Positions 12,041-25,100 of a stretch of DNA of 64,000 nt are shown here, piece after piece. A program made the position numbers and the translations under genes. The stretch lies in contig NW_018480078.1 in assembly GCF_002113885.1 (NCBI RefSeq), forward strand, positions 3,198 through 67,197, written 5' to 3'. Source of the DNA: Mizuhopecten yessoensis (Eukaryota). Under the pieces are notes generated by a model. The model saw only the letters and a list, made by a program, of their open reading frames with translations. It did no database searches and had not been told where the DNA came from. Each line of letters starts with the position of its first letter. Positions within the stretch are counted from its first letter, which is position 1.

Positions 12041-15000
12041 TGTGACGAGTTGATTCATGGTTCCTCTCCGTTTGTTTTGGTGTCTCCTCGGTTATTGTTG
12101 TTGTTTTCCTACCAACGTGGAGTACAGTTTTTGCCCTCTGTCTCTTGGCGCAATGGTGTATTTGCTGATGCCTGAAGCAACCTTATCCATTGTCTGTATA
12201 GGGGTGTCTGGTTTAACGTTTGGTGCCAGGTTGATACTGATTTAATGACTGTTTACTCGTATCGCTTTTCATGTTGGCACGTATTTCTTATTCTAGTCAA
12301 CATAGCTGTACACTCAGTAGAAACGACACGGAAGTCCGCATATGGGACGAAATGGAAGGCATAGTTTGTTGGTATAAGCGCCACTTTATACAAACCACGT
12401 CTATCGCTGTTACACGTCCCGACGTTCACACGTGGTATCCATATGCATGCTATTTCAAACAAATATTCAATTTATGCACATGCTTGAGTTGTTCGTCGCG
12501 TTGTTGAAGTACTTGGGTAGATCGTGTGTGTAGATAGCTCTAATTAATTCTTAAGGGGTGTCCATCACGATCCACTGAACAGCTAATTTTTTTTAGTCGA
12601 TCAGAATTTAAGATATGTATGTAAATATAACCTACGCAGTGGGTCCTTGACAGGAATGGGTGTTTGTAATACTGTCTTTTGTCGCGTTTTGATTCAACTT
12701 CTAAAGACAACAGCTATTGTATGTGGATGTGTTTCTGGCAAGACAATGACGTTTCGACAATGCACGTCAAAGCAAGTAGATAATATTTCCCGTTTTAATT
12801 TGGAATAATTCAAATTAAAATGTCTCTGAGAATATCATCGCGGATAGTCAGAGATTTAAATGGGGCTTATAACTATATTCAACCTATCGAGTCTCAGCAA
12901 CATCTTTGTCCATAGCACGTACGACTCCAGAATAGTCAAACAAACATTTGACTGACCCTGTAGTTATGTGTGGTTATGTATACAGTCGACTATTGACTGA
13001 CGACGTCTGACCCCGAGTTGATCCGAAGCCTATGAGGACAGGCAGGGATATTGTATGGCATGACCCAAGGAATATCATCCTGACACCCGGAAACCCGCTA
13101 CCTGGTACCCGGGTCCTCGAAAAGTCACCGACAGACGTACGAGTTAGACGAGTAACACCGACTTTGACCTACATCTTTGTTACACCATACATGTGGTGCC
13201 AGATAACATGTATTGCGTGATTAGGTCCATGTTGTTTCTAGCCAAGGCTGATACTGTTTCGTCTCTTCATTACAATAGTCACACTTATCTCCTGTGAGTA
13301 GTGACCTGGCTCATAATATACACACTTTACTAATTAATAATTTGAAATTGACCAATAGCCCTCTACTTTATGAAATTCAAATGATTTGGGTTTTTTTTAC
13401 ACACCTCCCCTGCTGTTTCTACAATAGTTTAAAACAGTGTGAATTTCCAACATGTTTGGCATCCAGCATCGCCAATGACTCATAGAACGACGAAACAGCT
13501 GTATGGTACATTGCAATTCATTTTGGCTATTGTATATATTACCTTTTATACATTCATCACTCAAACGAACGGGAAGGCAATAAACATGTAAACATGTAAT
13601 TCCAAAGATACTATTAATGGCGAAGGATTGAAAGCTCAGCTCAGAGATTCATTTTGATGCATTCGATCCATTGTTCTGTGGAAATGACATTTTTTCTCTT
13701 AATTGGATGTTATGCAACACTATATTTAGCAACAGAATATCGTATCAAATACGATCTTGTCTCTACTAAACTTACTAAGTGTGAAGTATCCTTTTTATCA
13801 TTCTTCCCAGAAATGACATTCACGACGCCTACTCTTTGTTTGCCGATACCGTCAGAATAAGTCATACTGAACCTGCTTATCCTGACAATAGAATATCCCT
13901 GATAAAGCATCTTTAAATAATCAGTGTTTAAGCTTCGTTAACAGTGTTCTTTTTATTCTCAAATTCAGTAGTATTTCAGCATTAACTTTGAAGTTCCTAC
14001 ACCATACGAAAACTGGAAGTACTTTGAGCAGAACTTGTTATTGACCGAGACCGATCTATTAAGATAGAATTAGTAATTAATGAGTCAATATAGCCACTCC
14101 GTACTGATGTGGTAAACATCGTTACAGCACGGACCATGTTAAAATAATTCCCCCGGGTTCGACTCCTGAACATTTACTGTAAACATTATAGGTTCATTTT
14201 TAGCGCATTGCTAGTGCACCGTTTGCGCATCGTCTGTGAATCGTTGATCATTCGCATCGATCGTTTGAGTGTATCGCATCGTTTCCTTTGCTGAGCTGAT
14301 TGAGTCGTATTTAAATTCGATCGTATGGTCAGTCAAAATACCGAAAGACTGGAGAACAACCACCACAAATCAGAATATTGCCAATACCAGTCAGTCGGTG
14401 AAGGTACAGGAAACGCAATGATAACAGAATGATTGACATTCAGTTGATGTGTATCGTATACTAGTTTAGAAGAAATAATGTTATATGCGCAATTACATAA
14501 CATCTTTAATATTTTCTGGACAATAATCATAAACAAAATACATAGAAAGGAATTTTCGAATATTCTTACAACCAAATGTTTTTCGATGTCTTTACGTTGT
14601 CACAATTATCTGTATACCGATTTATTGTGGAATAAACTATCGATATCGGTCTGACAGCAGAGAACAATAGAAAAAAACTCGAGGAAGAGCTAGACTTGGT
14701 CAATGACTGTTGTACCTATATACTACAAGTCATTGAATAAACAGAACCCCATCAATAGGAACTGATCGTGTGTATAACCAAAAACTGACTGGCATTGACA
14801 ATATTCGTTTTCGGCATTTTTGACAGCAGAATGAATAATATAGAAATACACCCCACGCAATGCTCCTCCGTCAGTCGACTACAGTCAATAGACACTGCTC
14901 ACCACTCGATCAACAGCGATCACCGCTTGACACAAAGACTTTAAATACTAACCCGACTATTGTGTTACACGGGAGTTTTAAGTGCTGTTAAAGTTTGCGT

Positions 15001-15454
15001 TTAAATCATAATCGGTAATTTGAAAAGAACATACACTATTTTTCAGTGGTAATGGGATTAATACTCAATGGGTTTTAGGATCACCTTCAATATACAAGCC
15101 ACCTTCCAACACGAAACTAAAGCCCATTTACCTCACGGCCTGTGTTGATTTTGGCTGAATAGTTTAAAATGATGTTTATTGAACATAAAATAATGTGCTT
15201 TAATAGCCGTTTATACTGAAAATAATTGCCCTGTTCTCAAGTTACGAAGCGTAGTTGAGAACAAGTTTGATTGGTCCCTGTTACCCTTTATATATGGTGT
15301 TCATCAACGTTATTGAAAAAAAACTAATTCGTATGTTAACATAACCCAGGGCGACAGTCATATACACCGTAGATTTTCCAGATAAAACCAGCAGTAAATT
15401 CCGACTTACAGATGACATACATATGTACAATGCTGGCGTTACACGAGAAACTAT

Positions 15455-17705
15455 TAACGATACACACTAGTATATTGTATTAACGATACACGAGGTATTA
15501 TTAATGATACACGAGGTGATATTAACGATACACGTGAGTATTGACGATACACGAGGTGATATACACGATACACAGTAGTACATTGTATTAACGATAGACC
15601 AGGTGATATTAACGATACACGTGAGTATTGACGATACACTAGGTGATAATAACGATACATGTTAGTATTGACGATACACGAGGGATTATTAACGATACAT
15701 GATAGCATTGACGATACACGAGGCACTATTAACAATATTCATCAGTATTGACGATACACGAGGTACACATACCTATATACTTTAGTGCTGACGATACACG
15801 AGGTGCTCTGAACGATACACAGTAGTATATAAATGGCGATACTTGAAGTACAAATACCTACATACTTTAGTATTGACGATACACCAAGTGTTATTAACGA
15901 TATACTTTAGTATTGACGATACACAAGGTGCTATTAACGATACACAGTAGTAATGACGATACGCGAGACACAAATACCCATATACTTTATTATTGACGAT
16001 ACACGAGGTGCTATTACCGATACACAGTAATATTGACGATACACGAGGTACAAATACCTATATACTTTAGTATTGACGATACACGAGGTGCTGTAAACGA
16101 TACACAATAGTATTGACGATACACGAGTTACAAATACCTATATACTTTAGTATTGACGATACACAAGGTGCTATTAACGATACACAGTAGTATTGACGAT
16201 ACACGAGTTACAAATACTTATATACTTTAGTATTGACGATACACAAGGTGCTATTAACGATACACAGTAGTAATGACGATACGCGAGACACAAATACACA
16301 TGTATTTTATTATTGACGATACACGAGGTGCTATTACCGATACACAGTAATATTGACGATACAGGAGGTACAAATACCTATATACTTTAGTATTGACGAT
16401 ACACGAGGTGCTTTAACGATACACAGTAGTATTGACGATACACGAGTTACAAATACTTATATACTTCAGTATTGACGATACACAAGGTGCTATTAACGAT
16501 TCACAGTAGTATTGACGATACACGAGTTACAAATACCTATATTCTTTAGTATTGACGATACACGAGTTGATATTAACGATACACAGTAGGATAATGACGA
16601 TATATGAGGTGCTGTTAACGATACACAGTAATATTGACGATACACGAGGTGCTGTTAACTATATACACAGTAGTATTGACGATACACGGGGTATTATTAA
16701 CGATATACAGAAGTATTGACGATACACGAGGTGCTGTTAACGATACATACATGTAGTAGTATTGACGATACACGAGGTGCTAAAAACAATATACAGAAGT
16801 TTTGACGATACACGAGATGCTGTTAACGATACATAGTAGTATTGACGATACCCGAGGTACTTAAAACGATACACAGTAGTATATAAATGACGATACTTGA
16901 GGTACAGGGCCCACTTGTATAAAACATCTCAAAGTTAAGGAAAATCTCAAGCAATGTATTGTCTATGCGAAATCTTAGACTTTAGGAAATCTCAAGAGTT
17001 GAGATGTTTTATACAAGTGGGCCCAGATACCTATATACTTCAGTGTTGACGGTACACGAGGTACAGATACCTATATACTTTAATATTGACGATACACGTG
17101 GTGCTGTTAACGATACACATTAGTATTTACAATACACGATGTCCAGATACCGATATACAGTAGTATTGACGATGCACGAGGTATTATAACTCATACCGAT
17201 ACACAGTAGTATTGACGATACACGAGGTATTATTACTCATACCGATATACAGTAGTATTGACGATACACGAGGTATTAATACTCATTCCGATACACAGTA
17301 GTATTGACGATGCACGAGTTATTATAACTCATACCGATATACAATAGTATTGACGATACACGAGGTATTATTACTCATACCGATATACAGTAGTATTGAC
17401 GATGCACGAGGTATTATAACTCATACCGATATACAGTAGTATTGACGATGAACGAGGTATTATAACTCATACCGATATACAGTAGTATTGACGATTCACG
17501 AGGTATTATTACTCATACCGATACACAGTAGTATTGACGATACACGAGGTATTAATACTCATACCGATACACAGTAGTATTGACGATACACGAGGTATTA
17601 TAACTCATACCGATATACAGTAGTATTGACGATGCACGAGGTATTATAACTCATACCGATATACAGTAATTTTGACGATACACGAGGTATTATTAACGAT
17701 ACGCG
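15455..17705. repeat. Compound minisatellite on a TAGTATTGACGATACACGAGG core: 40-bp monomers, an 80-bp A/B dimer and a 46-bp derivative
   Basis: The core recurs at 16148, 16188 and 16228 with alternating second halves. A 46-bp period runs from 17161 (next at 17207) to about 17680. Confidence 0.95.
16908..17023. mobile_element. 116-bp PIF/Harbinger-type MITE inserted in the minisatellite
   Basis: Perfect 25-bp TIRs GGCCCACTTGTATAAAACATCTCAA. CAG TSD at 16905-16907 and 17024-17026. The empty site GGTACAGATACC is present in the next monomer. Confidence 0.9.
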
Positions 17706-19160
17706 ATATAGCAAGTCAATACCAAAAGAATGTCGCAGTAGTATTAGTACTAGTAGTACTAGTATTTAATGCCGCAATTTTCCGTGTCAAAGATGTAGAG
17801 ATATGTAGATATTTTGATTTTAAAAAGAGATATTTTTTAAAGTTTCAAAGAAATCTCTTATTCAAAATATCTCATATAAGTTTTGAAAGAGATTTCTTAA
17901 AATGAATAAATAATATCTTTAAATATATTAGAGATAATCTATAAAGGATTAAAGGACATATTTATGTGTAACGAGATATCTTTGCATGGATTAACGATAG
18001 CTCTCATTCATTTAAAGATATCCTTAAATGTTATAGAGAAAGCACATATAATTACAATTATAAAGGATATCTGTATTGTTAATAATATCTCTTAAATTAA
18101 TATAAATATCTCTTATCATTTTATGAGATATCTCCTTAATTACTGGATAAATCTTTTATACATTAAAAGTTAAGTAACCTTGCCACAATACATAGTAAAG
18201 ACTACGTATATTATATACATATTAGAAATCTTAGCTCACCGCATCCATCCGACAATTGACTGAGCGAAAGGACTGAAACATAACAATATATATTAGGATA
18301 TATAATTATGTGAACGTCGAAAATCTTCTTTTATTTTTTAATCGATAAATACATACTACATCTTCTATTTAGGTATCCCCGTATGTTCTGCCTTTACTAG
18401 TATTGTCATAACTTCAACCCCAATGTTTACATACGGGTATCCTGTTGTTACCCCGATATTTACATACGGGGACCTTACATACCAATTTACTGTTTCTCCT
18501 GTCGTTACCCCGATATTTACATACGGGGACCTTGCAGACGGATATCTCCTTCAGACTACTCTGGAACTAGACACACGAGGGTTAATACACTCGGTCAACA
18601 TTGACTCGTCATTAATGCTGTAATGTACACACGGTAGATAAAATGGTCAAACAGATGGAAACGAGAAGGTCAACAACGGCGGTAGTATTTAAACACGCAT
18701 AACATGGAATACACATTTGTCAGATAAAAAAGTAAATAACAGGGAATCGTCTAGGAGCAAAAAAACCTGAGTGGTCTAATATCTTGGTTATGTTGATCGA
18801 CTATCGGAATCTTTGTATGTACATATCCAATTTGTATGGCTAGCAACGCAAATCAAATTAAATATTGATTCTGTATCAATTACTTTTGTTCCGTGATTTC
18901 CAAATATTTCATTTCCTCATTGATAGGTTTGTATCTGTGTATATATAAATATCTGCTGTTCGAATTTTATTTCGACATTTTGAACTTGACACAACGTCAA
19001 ATCGCTACTAGTGGGTAAAGGGAGACAACTGTAACAAGACACGATTGGAGAAACTATGTGGAGCTTTATTTCCAAATGTGTTGATTTGTAGAAGTCTTGT
19101 TAACGCCTTGGGTTTGCATTTTCTAACTGTAAAGAACTGTCCATATATGTAGATAGCCAA

Positions 19161-22100
19161 TTAGATTTTCCCTGGAAGCGCAACACATGACAGCCATCTC
19201 GCCGGATACGGAAGTTCCTGCACGCCATTGATCCAGACGTCATTGATGGCGTCATAACACTCGATAGACTGTAGGATCCGTCCTGCCACCGTGGACACGC
19301 CTCCAATGATAAAGATCTTTCCACCTGAAGTAAATAAATAAATAGATTTTAACCAAAGACTGATATATAGATATAGATGAAGTAAAGCTACAATGTTGGA
19401 GCTAAAAAATATACATTATTACTGTGGAACAAAATGTCAATAATGTGTTAAAAGTTAATCATATCTTATACTAGAATGTAATTAAAATACGCACCGATGA
19501 CGGTACTTCCGGTAAAGTGTCGGGCTAGCACCATATCCGTTCTGTGCTCCCAGACGTCGCTTCTCTTGTTGTACACGTCAATGGCGGCTACGCTGGTCAG
19601 AACGGAGTCGTTTGTTGTGAAGGATCTAATGGCGCCCCCGCAAAGGAACAACTCCCCATTCACCGACACAAGGTTCCCATGACAACGGGGCATGCGTAGG
19701 TTATTCTTCGTAGTCCACCTAAAAAATTGCATTCTCATATAGTGTGACATAAATGCAACAACCAATTGAAACCATATCCGACTCGCAACAATATTCTACC
19801 TTTAGTCCGAATACATGAAGTAAAAATTTGGAAATTACTCTTATAAGATTGCACATATCCCTTTTTAAAAAAAATGTACAAAGACATAGTTCAGAAGGAT
19901 ATTGTCACATGTGCAGCCAATCATTTTGTCTTGGTACTTCCGCCATCTATCGCACAATTAACATTGATAAGGAGCTAAAAACAACTTACGTATTTTCACG
20001 CGGATCGAACACTTCCACACTACTTAAGACCGGCAGTCCAGATTTGCTGTCAACCGATTCGCCATAACCACCAACAACGAAAATAGTGCCATCCTGGATA
20101 GCTGCTGCCATCCCTAGTCTCGCGACACTCATCGGCTTGACGAAGATCCAGCGGTCAGTCTTTGGGTTGTAGCACTCCACGGAATTAAGAACCCTGTCGA
20201 ATAAAAAACAATTTCATCGTAATTACCCTATTTCTTTGAATATACTGAAATTAGTATTTCAACTATTGTGATTTGTATTGGCATATGAGGTAAAATAATT
20301 TTAACATACTGTTCGTGTATCCTCCCCCCTCAATATAATCGTTGCCATAAAATGTTATAACAATGCAATACAAGGAATGTGTATTACAATTCGTCGTGGA
20401 TACATTAACATTGACTTTGTATATATGCATATATCATTAATTTACCGTGAATTTCCATCTTGTCCACCAATGGCGTACAACATCCCATAGAGTGAACAAA
20501 CCACGTGATGCATCCTCGCCGTGACCATGGACGCTATCTGTCTCCACTCGTCCGTCTCCAGGTTGTAAACGAACGCATCGCTGGACGGAATGGAAATCTT
20601 CTTGGACTTGTTTGGGTCCGAACCACCTATTGCGGAAAACATTGAGTATTTCGTGTCAAGGTTAGGTACAAAGAACACATGGGGAGTTTTGATATGCAGA
20701 CATGAAGTAAAATCTTTCCGAGTCAATTGGCTCATAAAACTGGAATAGGGACACGTTTATATAACCTGTAAGAGAAAGCAATCTGTTAAAAATACTGTTC
20801 ATCAATGCAGAAAACCTGCCACCCAATTAACAATGTTACATATAAATGCTAAGAATTCGAACCCATTACCTCTGAACTTTAGACGGACGCATTTAGTCAG
20901 GTCTCCGGCGATCGCCAAACTCTGTCTGATTTTTTAAACGAAATGCTTTTCTCATAATGAAAACATATTTGAAGGGAAAACGTCTTACCGATTATGTACA
21001 TCTTCTTGTTAACGATGGCGGTGCCGTGATGAAAGCGAGGCTGGGGAAGGTTGGTGTAGTGTGTCCATTGGTTCTTTACGGAGTTGTATCTCTCCACAGT
21101 CTTCACTGCAAGGTAATATTTTGTCTTTGCTATTATACCAAATACTTTTCAATGTTAATTCGCAAGACAGTACATTGCCCCAAGTCACTTAAACTGTGAC
21201 GTCATAAAATAGCGTTACAAGCCAACAGAAAACGACGTCATTCCGACTGTTGATTGTTGATAACGCTGGCTATAGTTTAAATGATAAATACACATTCGGA
21301 ACTCATTCTCGTCACCATTTCTATGAAAAAATATTTAAATGACCGATAATCACACGAGGCATGCATGGTTATGAAATTGTATATAGCACATTTTTAAAGA
21401 CAAATGAAATAACGGACAATTTAACTGTCGATGTACAAATCTGCATTTATATCATCATGGTAACCGTTTCCATGGTCCATCAATATCAGTCTTGGATGGC
21501 TCACCTGTCCTATTGTCCCTGGCCTTGGTGAACTTCTGGTATGCTCCTAGGGCAATGATGTCCCCCGTCTTAGACAAGTACGTGGTATCCATGGCAACAC
21601 CTCCTTTTAGGTTAGGTTCCAACTCCAGCTTTACGCTCCTCATAGAATGGGAACTCTGCATGACCAGACATAAACAATTACCAACTACGGACTTTTGTTT
21701 AGGTGAGGTAAATATGAAGTTGTATGATCCCGAGAAAAAAGATATTAACCGAGACGAATGGGAGGATCATTATCACTTTTGAGTTACATATAACAACATA
21801 CCAAAAACAGGTCCTTAATAGTTATATTAAATATGAAATGATGCTCTATTTCATCATCATACAAGATAAGACTTATAGAAATACCCGCGGGGAAAGTATT
21901 GCATTTGGCAAGAAAGCACTCTGGCGTTACAATTGAAGAGACGTCATCAAGAGAATAGTGACTTCATTTTTGCCTAAAACTAGTATCATCTAATCAATAT
22001 CGCATTTCACAGACCTCCACGTGAAAAGGATCAATCAAATGAGGATGTAGGAGAAAAAAGTTACCATCTTAAATACAGATACAGATGGGTGGATATGTGG

Positions 22101-25100
22101 TTATATGAACCCGGGAGAGAGAATTCAACCGAGACATTGTCGAGGTCAATATCACTTTTCAGGTTCATATAACCAATACAAGTTCTACCTGGTACATTAG
22201 ATATGAAATGCTGCCGTCTTTTGTCAGCAAGAAGGTGGAACGTATAAAAAGCGTCAGGAGAAATGCACATAATAGTACAGAGAGCACGGTGACGTTACAA
22301 TCGAAGTGACAGTGTAAAGAGAATGTTAATCTGCTGTTTATAATATCGCATTTCACCGACCTCCACGTGATTATGATTCAACCAATGAGGCGTAAGAAAA
22401 GACGGTGTCATCTAATGTAAAGGTATATTATAGACAACTACAATATAATACATTACATGGAACTTTTAAATAAGCATAAACGTCGGTTACAATTGTGGAC
22501 TGTGAGTGATTTCAACTAAACCTTGAAATTTCCTATAATTAGTATTTATCAGCTATGGACCTCGGTTGAGGTGAATACATGTATGTGGTTACATGAAAAA
22601 TGTGTGTCATCCACTATACATTGATTATTTATCTCTCTAATATAAACCTTCATCAAACAAATAAAACACAAAGATGTTGAATAAAAAAAATACTTCGATT
22701 CATACAGACATACATAAAGACTGTTTTAATCAAAACGTTGCATTGGCGGAGTTCATAATGTTTGTTCCGGATACTGATAGAGCAATTTAAAAGTCTCTTT
22801 CGAAGGGAAAGAATGAAAATAATTAAATGTACACGTAAATTATTCGTTTGAATCTGAAGGCTGCAAAAAACTTCAGAATGTTGCCACTGTGTACAGGAAC
22901 AACAGTTAAATGTATATGTTGTATATAAGATATAGCAAACACTTAAATGTGTAGGGAGTAACAACACTCTCAAAGAGCCCTTTTCTTACGTTAGGGAATA
23001 TATAACAATTATTTTACATTTTGTTTGAACAAATTAAATTATTCGTCACGGAAGTGTCATTCTCTGATGTGAAAAGTATATGCACCCTTAAAATCTTAAG
23101 TACATGGATCTATATTACCAAAGGCTGAGAGGGTCGCTGTCAACATTGATAAGTGTTTGTGTGTAAACATCATTGATGAGTCCTGACGTGTAAACAACCA
23201 CACGATATATAGATGTGCGACTTCTCGTTGGTTAAGTCAAGTTCAAAGACACTATTAGATACACGCTCCTGACAAAGTCGACATTCTCTGTAACCATGCA
23301 AAAATAACAATGGACACTTTATATGACCACACACGTTTCGTCTTCTTATAAAATTCACGCCATTTTTTCTAAAGTTGACATCTCTTTTGGCACACAAACA
23401 CACCCAAGTCTTTCAATGATACTATATTCGCTGTTAACTTTAATGATCAACTTACTTGTCGATACGTTAGTGAGAACTTTTGAAAATACCACTAATTGTA
23501 GATATTGAGGGTCTCCTTCGATTGCATGGCGGTTGGTTATCATGTTTATCCAACTACGGTTTATAAAGTTACACGAACATGACTCTGAGCCATCACGAGT
23601 TATGGGGCCTTTTCTCCCATTACGTTCAAATTTCATCTTGAAAACGATTTGTTTCTCTTAGATGTTTTGTTTCGATCGGAATCATGACGTCACAATGAGA
23701 GACGCCGACTTTCACCATTGCTACGTGACGTCATAATTGAAAGACTGTCATACGCAATATAACACCCAGCTGTTACCCATATATTGGTGGCATTACATGA
23801 TTACCACTATATTCTTGTTGGCGGTACTTCAGGAGTGGGAAAACTTACAGTTGATACCAGTCGGAAACATTTGGAAGAAAATGTATTCTCGTTTACGGAA
23901 TGTGCCGACTGTTCCCGAGTGATTGCTAACGTGAGAAAATGAAGTTTAATATGATTTCGTACTCACCAAGTATACACTGCTGGCTTTCCTTGTCTTCGGG
24001 TTTTTGGGATCTGACAGTGTCGCTCTAGGGTGGACCACGGGGATGTTGAGAGGGTCATCACGGCGCAACGCCATTGCTGTCACCAACCTAAACAACAACA
24101 GCTAAATATGGTCAGGTCAAAATTTACTATCGGCACTCGGTTCATATGTTAACTTTAGACAGATCAAGTGTCTATATAGACATCACTTGTTATTTGTTAA
24201 GATTTTGAAGAAAAGTCTGTCTTTGGTATACTCATGGAACATAGTTTTAACAAGATGTTTCATACGAATGAAATTATAAGTATTGTTCAATGTTAAACGA
24301 GTCACGAGAAGCTTTTCCAGTTGGAATACATATTTGAATACTGATGCCAACTGTTCAATGATTATTCAAATTGAAAGTAGATTTTATTGTTACGATACAA
24401 AAGAGCATTTTATGTGGTTTAATGACAATGAAATAAATAAGGGTTCAAACTTAAGCAAATATGATGCAGGCAAGTGTACATACCAATTTGCATGCAGAAT
24501 AGCGTTTCGTGTTTCGTGGCACTCCCGAAGAAGATCCGTGACCTCAAAGCACTGGAACAGTTCCTGGTGATTCATATATGGAAATCGCACACAAGACATG
24601 ACCTTGGACAGGTGTTTGTGGCGCTCATTCATGTCGTGTGCTATCCATTTCAGGGCCACTCGGAACACCTCTATCTCGGACGTAATGTTCAGGTCGTCAC
24701 GTGATAAGATCATACACAACGTGTTTACGTCGAGATTGAAAAAGGATCTGTGGTCCAGCACATCTTGGAACTGTGTACTCACGTGGGAAACACACACGTC
24801 ATACAGGTCACTGCACGTGACCACTCGACCACTCTGAAGGACTGAGAGTGATTTCTCCAAGGGCATACCCACCATAAACTCAGCACACTTATCCTCAAGT
24901 AATGGAACCTTAAGGTGCTGCGCGATCACAAGAAGGTCAGCGACTAGCAATGGACAGATTTCTAAATCCCCGGTGTATATCCATTCTAGGAAAACATTGA
25001 ATGACCTTGACGTGACCCCGCGAAGCCGGATGACCAACGGCACCTTCTGTTTCTCTGCTCCTTTGAAGAAGACTTGTGAGAAATATTCACTGAAACATGC

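Noticed and set aside
9915-17705. Possible CRISPR-like arrays
   Set aside because: Head-to-tail tandem repeats without unique spacers, in a eukaryotic context.
21197-23735. Several TGACGTCA (CRE) palindromes in Kelch introns
   Set aside because: The motif is frequent throughout the window, including in coding sequence and repeat-like contexts, so it is not specific evidence of regulation.
22189-23925. Candidate extra Kelch-gene exons (22217-22189 micro-exon; 23925-23849 after a 41-nt intron)
   Set aside because: Exon 24087-23967 ends in phase 0 and joins 21655 directly, so these phase-1-start exons would shift the frame.
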